From contig NZ_RSDW01000001.1 of the NCBI RefSeq assembly GCF_003945235.1, positions 3,300,001 through 3,332,000 of the forward strand: DNA of 32,000 bases, in the 5' to 3' direction. The notes beneath the pieces were generated by a model, which was given only the letters and a program-made list of their open reading frames with translations, did not search any database and was not told where the DNA came from. This DNA comes from Edaphobacter aggregans (lineage in GTDB: Bacteria > Acidobacteriota > Terriglobia > Terriglobales > Acidobacteriaceae). A program made the position numbers and the translations under genes. How positions within the stretch are numbered: the first letter of the stretch is position 1; every line of letters begins with the position of its first letter. Of the stretch, positions 9,190 through 18,074 are shown piece by piece.

Positions 9190-9233
9190 GCTTAATCCAA
9201 CTCTATCAAGAGTGCTTTCTGTGTGGAGGAATT

Positions 9234-11489
9234 TTGCGTCGATTTGTGTCTGTACTCCTGCTCAACACTATGGCTGCCGGGCTGGTAGCCCAATCAGCGC
9301 CTTCGTCATCGAGCGCTCTGCTTGGTTATACAGACGCGAACGCAAAAGTCGAGCGTGACTGGGAAAACCGTTTTCGAGCCATTCCTGAGGCGAAGCGGGC
9401 GCATGAGAATATGCGTCTGTTGGCGGCGCATCCGCACCATGTAGGCTCTGAGGCTCAACGAAAGAACGCGGAATGGATGGTGGCGCGCTACAAGGAATGG
9501 GGTTGGGACGCGCACATCGAACAGTTTGACGTGTTGTATCCGATGCCAAAGACGATGCTGCTCGAGATGGTAGGGCCCAAGCCGTTCAAAGCGAAGCTGG
9601 ATGAACCGCCGCTTGCGGAAGATCCGTATACGCACGAGAAGGCGACCCAACTCCCTGGGTACAACATCTACTCCGCGGATGGGGATGTGACCGGACCCCT
9701 GGTTTACGCGAACTATGGGATGCTCGATGACTACGCTGAATTGGAGCGGAATGGCATCTCGGTCAAGGGAGCCATCGTCATCACGCGTTACGGCGGCGGC
9801 TGGCGCGGATTGAAGCCGAAGCTGGCTTATGAACATGGAGCTATCGGATGCATCATCTACTCCGATCCGGCGGATGACGGCTATGTGCAGAATGATGTGT
9901 TGCCGTCTGGCCCGATGCGCCCGAGTGGCGGCGTACAGCGCGGCAGCGTCGCAGACACCCCGCTCTATCCTGGCGATCCGCTGACGCCAGGTTATGGGTC
10001 TGTCCCGGGGGCGAAGCGGCTGGCGATCAAGGATGCTCAGGTACTGATGAAGATTCCGGTGCTGCCAATCAGCTACGGTGATGCGCAGCCACTGCTGGCC
10101 GCATTGAGCGGCAGCGTTGTTCCTCCGGCCTGGCGTGGCGGTTTGCCGATGACGTACCACTTCGGCCCCGGACCGGCCAAGGTGCATCTGAAGCTCGCCT
10201 TTGATTGGGGAACGAAGCCGGTGCTAGATGTTGTCGCTACCATGAAGGGTTCGGTCGAGCCGGATGTTTGGATCGTGCGTGGCAATCACTACGATGGCTG
10301 GGTCAATGGCGCAGACGACCCGATCTCGGGACAGTCTGGAATGCTGGAAGAGGCTCGCGCTCTGGGAGAACTTGCGAAGCAGGGCTGGCGTCCTAAACGA
10401 ACGCTGATTTACGCAGCCTGGGATGGTGAGGAGCCGGGTTTGCTGGGCTCGACCGAGTGGGCCGAGACTCATGCGGAGGAACTGTCTAAACATGCGGCGC
10501 TCTATGTCAACAGTGACGAGAGCAATCGCGGCTTTTTCAATGCGGGTGGGTCGCATGCGCTCGAGCGTCTTGTGAACGACGTGGCGCACGATGTGACGGA
10601 CCCGGAGACCAAGGCTTCCATCTGGAAGAGGCAGCAGGCGGCGATGCTCAGCCGGGGGGGGCGGCCAGGCGCACGCAGCGTGGATTCGGGCAGCGAGACC
10701 ATTCCGATTGGAGCGATTGGGAGTGGTTCAGATTTCGCTACGTTTATCGACCACCTTGGCATTGCTTCGCTGAACCTCGGTTTCGGGGGTGAGGATCGTG
10801 GCGGCACCTATCATTCGGCTTACGATACGCCGTGGTACATCGAGCACTTTGGGGATAAGGAGTCCCTTTACGGAGCTGCGCTGGCTCAGACGGCGGGCAC
10901 TCTGGTGATGCGAGTGGCCGACGCCGATGTGCTGCCCTATGATTTTTCGAATCTGGCGGAGACGATCGGGGGCTACTCGACCGAATTGAAGTCGCTGGTG
11001 AAGCAGCTACAGCGGGAATCTGCGGTGCGGCAGCGGAACATCGCGATGGGCGTATATACGCTCGCAGCTGACCCGCAGCATCCGACGACGCTTCCGGGGC
11101 CGCTTGCCAGCCCGCCCGACATGGACTTTTCGCAGCTTGATGGTGCCATTGCCGCTTTGAAGACGGCGGCAGACAAGTTCAACAAGGCGCGTGCGGCTGG
11201 CATTGCGGCCTCACCGTCGAAGCTGAGTGCGGTGAATGCAGAGTTGGCGACGGCTGAGCGCAAGTTTCTGAATGCGGATGGTCTGCCGCGCAGGCCGTGG
11301 ACCCAGAATATTCTCTATGCCCCGGGTTGGTATACGGGGTACGGCGTCAAGACGCTGCCTGGAGTTCGGGAGGCGATCGAGGACGGACGATATCCAGAGG
11401 CGGCGGCGCAGTTGACGATTGCCACACAAGCTATCGCCAATGAGGCAGCCTACATCGACAAGATTGCCGACGAACTGGCTGTTCCATAG
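9234..11489 (+). CDS. M28-family zinc peptidase of the glutamate carboxypeptidase II / NAALADase / transferrin-receptor-like type (PA + M28 + TfR-dimerisation architecture)
   Basis: 751 aa. TTG start at 9234 with GGAGG 6 nt upstream. Signal peptide MRRFVSVLLLNTMAAGLVAQ. Several blocks closely resemble my recollection of mammalian GCPII: RGNHYDGWVNGADDPISGQSGMLEEARALG, YAAWDGEEPGLLGSTEWAE, YVNSDES, GSGSDFATFIDHLGIAS and YHSAYDT. Confidence 0.85.
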   Translation: MRRFVSVLLLNTMAAGLVAQSAPSSSSALLGYTDANAKVERDWENRFRAIPEAKRAHENMRLLAAHPHHVGSEAQRKNAEWMVARYKEWGWDAHIEQFDVLYPMPKTMLLEMVGPKPFKAKLDEPPLAEDPYTHEKATQLPGYNIYSADGDVTGPLVYANYGMLDDYAELERNGISVKGAIVITRYGGGWRGLKPKLAYEHGAIGCIIYSDPADDGYVQNDVLPSGPMRPSGGVQRGSVADTPLYPGDPLTPGYGSVPGAKRLAIKDAQVLMKIPVLPISYGDAQPLLAALSGSVVPPAWRGGLPMTYHFGPGPAKVHLKLAFDWGTKPVLDVVATMKGSVEPDVWIVRGNHYDGWVNGADDPISGQSGMLEEARALGELAKQGWRPKRTLIYAAWDGEEPGLLGSTEWAETHAEELSKHAALYVNSDESNRGFFNAGGSHALERLVNDVAHDVTDPETKASIWKRQQAAMLSRGGRPGARSVDSGSETIPIGAIGSGSDFATFIDHLGIASLNLGFGGEDRGGTYHSAYDTPWYIEHFGDKESLYGAALAQTAGTLVMRVADADVLPYDFSNLAETIGGYSTELKSLVKQLQRESAVRQRNIAMGVYTLAADPQHPTTLPGPLASPPDMDFSQLDGAIAALKTAADKFNKARAAGIAASPSKLSAVNAELATAERKFLNADGLPRRPWTQNILYAPGWYTGYGVKTLPGVREAIEDGRYPEAAAQLTIATQAIANEAAYIDKIADELAVP

Positions 11490-11607
11490 AGGTGATTCTT
11501 TTGCTCAACCGTCGGCTTGCAGATACAGGCCAATATATTTGATGCGATTGCATCTTTCCGGAGGGAGGCTTCGTCTATGAAGCGTTCACCTTCTAATGTT
11601 TTTCCAT

Positions 11608-11634
11608 CCGTGGCGGCCTATACGGCCACCACGG
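11608..11634 (+). terminator. Weak hairpin downstream of the M28 peptidase gene
   Basis: CCGTGGCGGCC-TATAC-GGCCACCACGG forms an 11-bp stem with one mismatch. No T-run follows, so terminator function is uncertain. Confidence 0.3.
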
Positions 11635-11656
11635 TGTAATTCGACTCAGGAGTTTT

Positions 11657-14600
11657 ATGACGATGCGTGGCCGGTTCCTTTCCGCAGTAGCGATGGTTGG
11701 TATTGGGATGTTGGGTGTGGGCGCTTGCTTGGCGCAGACGGGGGGCGTTGACCCGAAGCTCTTTTCCGATATGCGCTGGAGAGAGATTGGACCGATGCGC
11801 GGCGGGCGCGTACGTGCTCTGGCCGGTGTCCCGAGCCAGCCGGCGACCTTTTATTTTGGCGCGGTGAACGGCGGCGTGTGGAAGACAACCGATGCCGGGC
11901 AGACGTGGCAGAGTCTATGGGATTCTCAGCCCACCGGCTCCATCGGTTCTATCGCAGTAGCGGAATCCGATCCCAATGTGGTGTACGTGGCTAGTGGCGA
12001 GGGGTTGGCTCGCCCAGATCTTTCCACCGGCGATGGCATCTACAAATCTACTGATGCCGGAAAGACGTGGACTCATCTCGGGCTGCGGGATGGTCAGTCG
12101 ATCGGGCAGTTGGCTATCGACCCGAAAGATCCGAATCGGGTCTTTGTTGCGGTGACCGGGCATCCTTACGGTCCGAATGAAGAGCGTGGGATCTATCGCA
12201 CGCTGGATGGCGGGAAGACGTTTAAGCAAGTGCTGTTCGTCAACAATCGGACGGGTGGGTCCGATGTGCAGATCGACCCGCAACATCCGAACATCGTCTT
12301 CGCAGGAATGTGGCAGCGGCAGGAAGGTCCATGGGAGAATGGATCGTGGGGTGGCAGTGAAGGTGGATTCTACCGTTCGGCCGATGGTGGCGATACGTGG
12401 ACAAAACTCACAGGCCACGGTCTGCCAGATGACATTCTGCAGGTGAACGTGGCGATTGCGCCCAGCGACTCCAAGCGCGTATATGCGGCAGTCGCGACGG
12501 TAAGAGGTGGAGTCGGCATCTATCGCTCGGACGACGAGGGCGTGAACTGGGTCCATGCTCCGGAGAATGATCCGCGTGCGGAGGCGAGGATCGGTGGTGG
12601 CGATGTGCCGGTACCGCGTGTCGACCCGAAGAATCCCGATACGATTTACGTTGCAAGTGTCGTTACATGGAGATCGACTGACGCGGGCAAGACCTGGACT
12701 GGTCTGCGCGGCGCACCGGGCGGCGACGACTATCAGAATGTTTTCATCAATCCGAATAACACGGACATCATTGCGCTGGCGAGCGATCAGGGAGTCATCA
12801 TCTCGCAGAACGCGGGCAAGACGTGGAGCCAGTGGTATAACCAGCCCACCGCGCAGATGTACCACGTGACGACGGACAATGCATTTCCTTACCGCGTCTG
12901 CGGCGGGCAGCAGGACAGCGGCAGTGCTTGCGTTTCGAGCCGCAGTAACGATGGCCGCATTACGTTCAACGACTGGCATCCGGTCGGTATTGAGGAGTAT
13001 GGGTACGCTGCGCCCGATCCGCTTGATCCAGACATCGTGTACGGCGGCAAGGTGACGCGCTACGACCGGCGCACGGGTCAGATCCAGAACGTCGAGCCGA
13101 AGCCGCTGCGCAGTTACCGGGTTCTGCGGACACAGCCGTTGATGTTCTCACCGCTCGATCCTCACAGCCTCTACTTTGCTACGAACACGTTGTGGCTCAC
13201 CAAGGACCAGGGCAAGAACTGGAAGGAGATCAGCCCAGACCTGAGCCGCGAGACCTATGAGTTGCCGTCAACCCTAGCAACTTACAAGGATTCCCCGACT
13301 GCCAAGACAACGCGGCGTGGTGTGATCTATGCGCTTGGATTGTCCCCGCTTGATGTCAATCGGCTGTGGGCGGGAACGGACGACGGCCTGATCTGGACGA
13401 CTGCGGACGGAGGAGCGAACTGGAACAACGTGACTCCACCGGAGCTGAAGCCGTTCTGGAAGGTCTTCAATATGGACGCTGGCCACTACGATGCTTTGAC
13501 GGCATTTGCGGCGATCAACACGCTCCGGTTGGATGACATGCGCCCCCACCTCTTCCGTACTCACGACGGAGGTAAGACGTGGAAGGAGATCAACAACGGA
13601 ATTCCCGATGGTGCGGCGACGAGCACGATTCGCGAAGATCCGAAGCGCAAAGGACTCCTCTATGCAGGCACGGAGACGCAGGTTTATGTCTCCTTTGACG
13701 ATGGAGATCACTGGCAGTCGCTACGCTTGAACATGCCTGCAAGCTCAGTGCGTGACCTGCAGGTCAAGGACGACGACCTGATCGCGGGCACACACGGGCG
13801 CGGGTTCCTGATTTTGGATAACGTGACGCCGTTGCGTCAGGCGGCAGCCAAGCTGGCAGCAGAGCCGATGCATCTCTACACACCACAGACAGCACTTCGG
13901 ATTCGCGGAAATATGAACCCGCCAACACCATGGCCGCCAGACATGGCAACGGGAGAAAATCCGCCGAACGGTGCGATGTTCGACTACGTCATCGGTCCGA
14001 AGTTTACGGGAGTTCTGACGCTGGAGATTGTGGACGGTAAAGGTGAAGTGGTTAGCCGATTCCGCAGCGACGATCCAGTGCCGCCGCTCGATCCGCGTTA
14101 TCCCGATCCGACGCTGTGGGCACGTGCGCCGCGAGTGCTCTCGGCAGCGGAAGGTCACCATCGTTTCCTTTGGGACCTGCGCTATCCGGCTGTTCCTGGT
14201 ATGTCGACCGGGCCTGATGCAGACCAAGCGGTTCCGTATGACACGCCTGCTGTTCCGTCTTCGCCGTGGGTGATGCCCGGCAAGTACACGGTGCGACTGA
14301 TTGCTGGTGGCACCACCTTGAGTCAGCCCTTCAACGTGGTGATGGACCCGCGCGTGAAGACGCCAATGCCGGAGATCGAGGACCAGTTCAAGGTATCGAA
14401 GGCGATCTATGCCGACACGATGCGCGCGACGGTAGCGATCCACGAGATCACCGTTTTGCGCGAGCAGTTGAAGGCTAAGTCAAATCAATCTCCCGTGGCC
14501 GCCGTGGGCGACTCGTTGGAGTCGAAGCTGAACAAGATCGCTGGTGGCGGGGAAGGTGGACGGGGCGGTGGTGGTCGTGCCGGTCCAGCAGGCCCTCCAA

Positions 14601-14869
14601 CGTTGAACGCGGTGCGCGTCCAGCTTGCGCGTATTGAGCATTCGATTCAGAGTGCCGATGTGGCTCCGACAACGGCGCAGGTAGAGGCTTATGCGACTCT
14701 CGCGAAGCCTCTGAATGATCTGCTTGATCAATGGAGCACATTGAAGGCCAGTGATCTGAAGGCGCTGAACAGCACGCTGCGGCTTCAGCATTTGCCGTTG
14801 TTAGAGCTCGATACGACTGTGATCGATCATAACGTTGAAGACCAGATCGAACTCGGCGACGAAGAGTAA
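11657..14869 (+). CDS. Exported BNR/Asp-box repeat protein, sortilin/VPS10- or GH74-like double beta-propeller (paralogue B)
   Basis: 1070 aa. AGGAG lies upstream of ATG 11657. Signal peptide ends ...GACLAQT. Repeated Asp-boxes (TTDAGQTW, STDAGKTW, TLDGGKTF, SADGGDTW, SDDEGVNW, STDAGKTW, SQNAGKTW, TKDQGKNW, TADGGANW, THDGGKTW, SFDDGDHW). About half the residues look identical to the ORF at 3-3281 by eye. Confidence 0.8.
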   Translation: MTMRGRFLSAVAMVGIGMLGVGACLAQTGGVDPKLFSDMRWREIGPMRGGRVRALAGVPSQPATFYFGAVNGGVWKTTDAGQTWQSLWDSQPTGSIGSIAVAESDPNVVYVASGEGLARPDLSTGDGIYKSTDAGKTWTHLGLRDGQSIGQLAIDPKDPNRVFVAVTGHPYGPNEERGIYRTLDGGKTFKQVLFVNNRTGGSDVQIDPQHPNIVFAGMWQRQEGPWENGSWGGSEGGFYRSADGGDTWTKLTGHGLPDDILQVNVAIAPSDSKRVYAAVATVRGGVGIYRSDDEGVNWVHAPENDPRAEARIGGGDVPVPRVDPKNPDTIYVASVVTWRSTDAGKTWTGLRGAPGGDDYQNVFINPNNTDIIALASDQGVIISQNAGKTWSQWYNQPTAQMYHVTTDNAFPYRVCGGQQDSGSACVSSRSNDGRITFNDWHPVGIEEYGYAAPDPLDPDIVYGGKVTRYDRRTGQIQNVEPKPLRSYRVLRTQPLMFSPLDPHSLYFATNTLWLTKDQGKNWKEISPDLSRETYELPSTLATYKDSPTAKTTRRGVIYALGLSPLDVNRLWAGTDDGLIWTTADGGANWNNVTPPELKPFWKVFNMDAGHYDALTAFAAINTLRLDDMRPHLFRTHDGGKTWKEINNGIPDGAATSTIREDPKRKGLLYAGTETQVYVSFDDGDHWQSLRLNMPASSVRDLQVKDDDLIAGTHGRGFLILDNVTPLRQAAAKLAAEPMHLYTPQTALRIRGNMNPPTPWPPDMATGENPPNGAMFDYVIGPKFTGVLTLEIVDGKGEVVSRFRSDDPVPPLDPRYPDPTLWARAPRVLSAAEGHHRFLWDLRYPAVPGMSTGPDADQAVPYDTPAVPSSPWVMPGKYTVRLIAGGTTLSQPFNVVMDPRVKTPMPEIEDQFKVSKAIYADTMRATVAIHEITVLREQLKAKSNQSPVAAVGDSLESKLNKIAGGGEGGRGGGGRAGPAGPPTLNAVRVQLARIEHSIQSADVAPTTAQVEAYATLAKPLNDLLDQWSTLKASDLKALNSTLRLQHLPLLELDTTVIDHNVEDQIELGDEE

Positions 14870-14882
14870 GAGAGAAGGTAAT

Positions 14883-14921
14883 TTTGGTGCGGCGTGTCCT
14901 CGCGATTCGCCGCACCAAATT
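14883..14921 (+). terminator. Intrinsic terminator 1 after BNR paralogue B
   Basis: 12-bp perfect stem TTTGGTGCGGCG / CGCCGCACCAAA with a 13-nt loop, 14 nt after the stop codon, followed by TTGTCT. Confidence 0.6.
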
Positions 14922-14929
14922 GTCTCCGG

Positions 14930-14975
14930 AGAGTTCTTGGATCCATGTGTCTGTGGGTTCGAGAACTCTTTTTTG
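14930..14975 (+). terminator. Intrinsic terminator 2 (in tandem with terminator 1)
   Basis: AGAGTTCT ... AGAACTCT forms an 8-bp outer stem with further imperfect inner pairing. A run of six T's (14969-14974) follows immediately. Confidence 0.6.
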
Positions 14976-15115
14976 GTTTGGAGTTGTGTTCATCCGATTG
15001 ATTGTCCGGACGCGTAGCTTCCTACTACTAGCTCTGGTAGTAGAGCGTATCTTCCCGTAGTTCTAGATATAGAAAATTCTCACATTCTTAACTGTCGGCT
15101 CATCTGGGGAGATCC

Positions 15116-18055
15116 ATGTTTAAACCTCGTCATTTCTTTTCAGCACTCCTGCTTCTTCCATTTGTTACAGCCTTTGCGCAGACCCCAGATACTGCCACGA
15201 TTACGGGCACTGTTACCGACCCGATGCATGCTGTTGTTGCCGGAGCGCAGATTCATGTCATCAATACTCTTACCGGGCTTGATCGCACTGCCACGTCAAA
15301 TCAGGAGGGCAAGTTTACGATTCCCGGTCTGCCTGTTGCTGGTGCTTATGGGGTCTCTGCTGCAAGCACAGGCTTCGTGGCCACACATCTGGAGCATGTG
15401 ACGCTGGCTGGTGGAAGCACTGCTACGGTCTCGCTGGAATTGAATGTGGCTGGCGCCGCGACAGAGGTGACGGTCATGGGTGCAGCGGACGGTCTAAGAA
15501 CCGATCAACCGCAGCTTGGCGAGCGTCTGGACTCGCCTCAGATTGAGGAGACCCCACTGGCGAACCACCGGATTACGTTTCTGCCGCTCCTGAATGCAGC
15601 AAACCGGCCTGCGATCAACCAGGGCGATATCTTCATGAACCAGAATCTGTTCACGACGAATGGCGCAGGGCGCCGCCAGACATGGTTCGAAGTAGATGGC
15701 AGCACCGGGAACGATAGCTGGGGCCGACAGACGATCTTCACAAACCTGCCGATCGCAGCTGTGCAGGAGATGACTGTGCTGACGAACGGTTTTTCCGCTG
15801 AGTATGGTGCTGGCACGGGTAGCGTAGTCAATATAGTGACCAAAAGCGGCGGCAAGAATCTGCACGGAGAACTCGGTGGTCTTTGGCGGCCATCAGGGCC
15901 AGAGGCGGCTTTGTCCGGCTTTACTACTTCCAACGCGGCGAGCGGGAACGACATCACGAATGACACTTTGTGGCAGGGATCCGGCGCGCTTTCGGGGCCG
16001 ATTGGACACAGTGGCGTAACTCAGTTCTTTGTGGCTGGCGAGCACAGTGACCAGGACCGCGCGTCTCCAGTGACATCCCCGCTGGCGCCGGGCAACTATA
16101 TCGGACACTATCGCGACTGGCTTGGTTTTCTGCGGCTTGACCATCAGTTCAATTCAAGGAACAACGCCTTCTTTCGCGGCAATGTCGATAGCTTCTATGA
16201 CACGAATCCAAATGGAACAGTGGGCGGTAGCACGTTGCCCAGCGTGGCTCGCGTCTTTCGGAGGCGCACTTACTCCGCAGAACTAGGTGAGACGTCAGTG
16301 CTGCGACCCAATCTGCTGAACAGTGCAAGACTTCAGTTTCAGCTCGCGTCGCCGGTCACGGAGTTTGATCCAGTTATCAATGGCACGCAGTTTGTTGTAC
16401 CGATTTCGTCCGGCGGTACTTTCACATCGGGGACTTCGCAGTCCGCGCTGCTGATGAATCGCCAGTATCAGATCAATAACACGCTCTCGGCCAACCTGGG
16501 GCGGCATCAGATCAATGTCGGTGGCAACGCCATCATTGCTCACAATGGCGGCAACAGTAAGGAGTTCGGCGGCCCTATCTATCTGGGCAAATTTACCTAT
16601 AACACTTGCACGCAGAGCGCTGCGATTTGCGAAAGTCCAGCGTTCCTCAACAATATTGCCAACGTCGCAAACTATCAGCAGAGTTACGGAAACGCCGCCT
16701 ACACGGTTGATGACACTCTTTGGTCGCTCTTCGTTCAGGATGACTTCCACATGAGTCGAACTCTGACGCTAAACATGGGACTACGTTACGAGCAGCAGAC
16801 GTTCACGGATGGAAAACTGAATTTTGCGCCGCGCGCGGGGTTCGTCTATGACGTCACAGGGAGAAGTGAGATTGTTGTGCGGGGTAGTTTCGGCATTTAT
16901 CACTCGCAAGTTGTCGATGACTCCCAAGCGAATTATTCGTTGACGGGGCCAACCGGAGTCTTCAACTACACAGCGACTCCCGGACAGGTGGGCTTTCCCA
17001 CGAGTATCGCGGCAGCTCCGTTGCCAAGTTTCCCGACAGGCGCGCAGGTACCTTTGCGGTCACTCTATATTCGCCCAGGCCGCAGCGCGTATTACGATCA
17101 GTTCTTTCCAACGTCGACGCTCGTTGGCTATCCTGACAAACTGCTCAACCCATATTCGGAACAGTGGACATTAGGTCTGGAGCATCAGTTCTCTCCCGCC
17201 TGGGTCCTCAGCGTCGACTACGTTGGTACTCATACGCTGCGTATCAATCGTCCCTTGGACGTCGACGGCCCGGCGCCATTCGTCCGTACGGTGCAGGGAC
17301 AGACTCGATCGGCTCAGGCTGCCAACTGCACCCGTCCTTACTGGGTCTACTGGTATGGCCAAAGCGGAAAGCCATGCAATGCTGCGGTCGCCTCCAATCC
17401 ACAGCCGGCTTATAGTGTGATTCAGTCTGATGTAAATGATGGATATCTGCATTACAACGCGTTGGATCTGAATGTGCGTCACAACTTTAGCCACGGGTTC
17501 TCAGTGCTGGCAAGCTATACGTGGTCACACACTCAGGACAATGTCGATCCCGACACCACGAGCCAGAATCCCAACGACACAAACTTTACCGGACGCCAGG
17601 AATATGGCAACGCGATCTACGATCAGCGGCATCGGTTGGTGCTGAGCGGTATTTATGTCGCGCCATTCGCAATCCACATCGGCGGCGTTGCAACGATGGC
17701 CGGCGGTCTTCCATACAACATCGTTACCGGAACGACCAACAGTGGTAACACTGGAGCTACAACGGACCGCCCGGTGATCAATGGAGCGGTTGTGGGTCGC
17801 AACACCGGCCGAGGCAACGCGATCTATGATGTGTCACCCTTCATCAGCCGTGCGTTTCCGATCATTCGTGAACGAGTCAATCTCGATCTACGTGCAGAGG
17901 CGTTCAATGTGTTGAACCATGCCAATTTCGTTGGCTACAGCGGAACTTATGGCAATGGTTCAAGTGCGGGAGTTGGCTTCGGCACACCGCTCGCGGGAAT
18001 TACGAACCAGCTACCTGCGCGGTCCCTGCAGTTCTCTGGCAAGCTTTCGTTCTAG
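15116..18055 (+). CDS. TonB-dependent outer-membrane receptor with carboxypeptidase-regulatory-like domain (TBDR2)
   Basis: 979 aa. GGGGAG lies 4 nt upstream of the ATG. Signal peptide ends ...VTAFAQ|T. CarboxypepD_reg-like start (TITGTVTDPMHAVVAGAQIHVIN), plug region and long barrel. C-terminus is ...SGKLSF. Confidence 0.85.
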   Translation: MFKPRHFFSALLLLPFVTAFAQTPDTATITGTVTDPMHAVVAGAQIHVINTLTGLDRTATSNQEGKFTIPGLPVAGAYGVSAASTGFVATHLEHVTLAGGSTATVSLELNVAGAATEVTVMGAADGLRTDQPQLGERLDSPQIEETPLANHRITFLPLLNAANRPAINQGDIFMNQNLFTTNGAGRRQTWFEVDGSTGNDSWGRQTIFTNLPIAAVQEMTVLTNGFSAEYGAGTGSVVNIVTKSGGKNLHGELGGLWRPSGPEAALSGFTTSNAASGNDITNDTLWQGSGALSGPIGHSGVTQFFVAGEHSDQDRASPVTSPLAPGNYIGHYRDWLGFLRLDHQFNSRNNAFFRGNVDSFYDTNPNGTVGGSTLPSVARVFRRRTYSAELGETSVLRPNLLNSARLQFQLASPVTEFDPVINGTQFVVPISSGGTFTSGTSQSALLMNRQYQINNTLSANLGRHQINVGGNAIIAHNGGNSKEFGGPIYLGKFTYNTCTQSAAICESPAFLNNIANVANYQQSYGNAAYTVDDTLWSLFVQDDFHMSRTLTLNMGLRYEQQTFTDGKLNFAPRAGFVYDVTGRSEIVVRGSFGIYHSQVVDDSQANYSLTGPTGVFNYTATPGQVGFPTSIAAAPLPSFPTGAQVPLRSLYIRPGRSAYYDQFFPTSTLVGYPDKLLNPYSEQWTLGLEHQFSPAWVLSVDYVGTHTLRINRPLDVDGPAPFVRTVQGQTRSAQAANCTRPYWVYWYGQSGKPCNAAVASNPQPAYSVIQSDVNDGYLHYNALDLNVRHNFSHGFSVLASYTWSHTQDNVDPDTTSQNPNDTNFTGRQEYGNAIYDQRHRLVLSGIYVAPFAIHIGGVATMAGGLPYNIVTGTTNSGNTGATTDRPVINGAVVGRNTGRGNAIYDVSPFISRAFPIIRERVNLDLRAEAFNVLNHANFVGYSGTYGNGSSAGVGFGTPLAGITNQLPARSLQFSGKLSF

Positions 18056-18074
18056 CAACTCATCAGGAGGAACG

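Noticed and set aside
17919-18074. The ORF-track start of TBDR3 lies 137 nt inside TBDR2.
   Set aside because: The extra 52 residues (MPISLATAELMAMVQ...) precede the signal peptide and overlap the conserved C-terminal barrel strand of TBDR2. An in-frame TTG at 18075 with an adjacent GGAGG gives a normal signal peptide.
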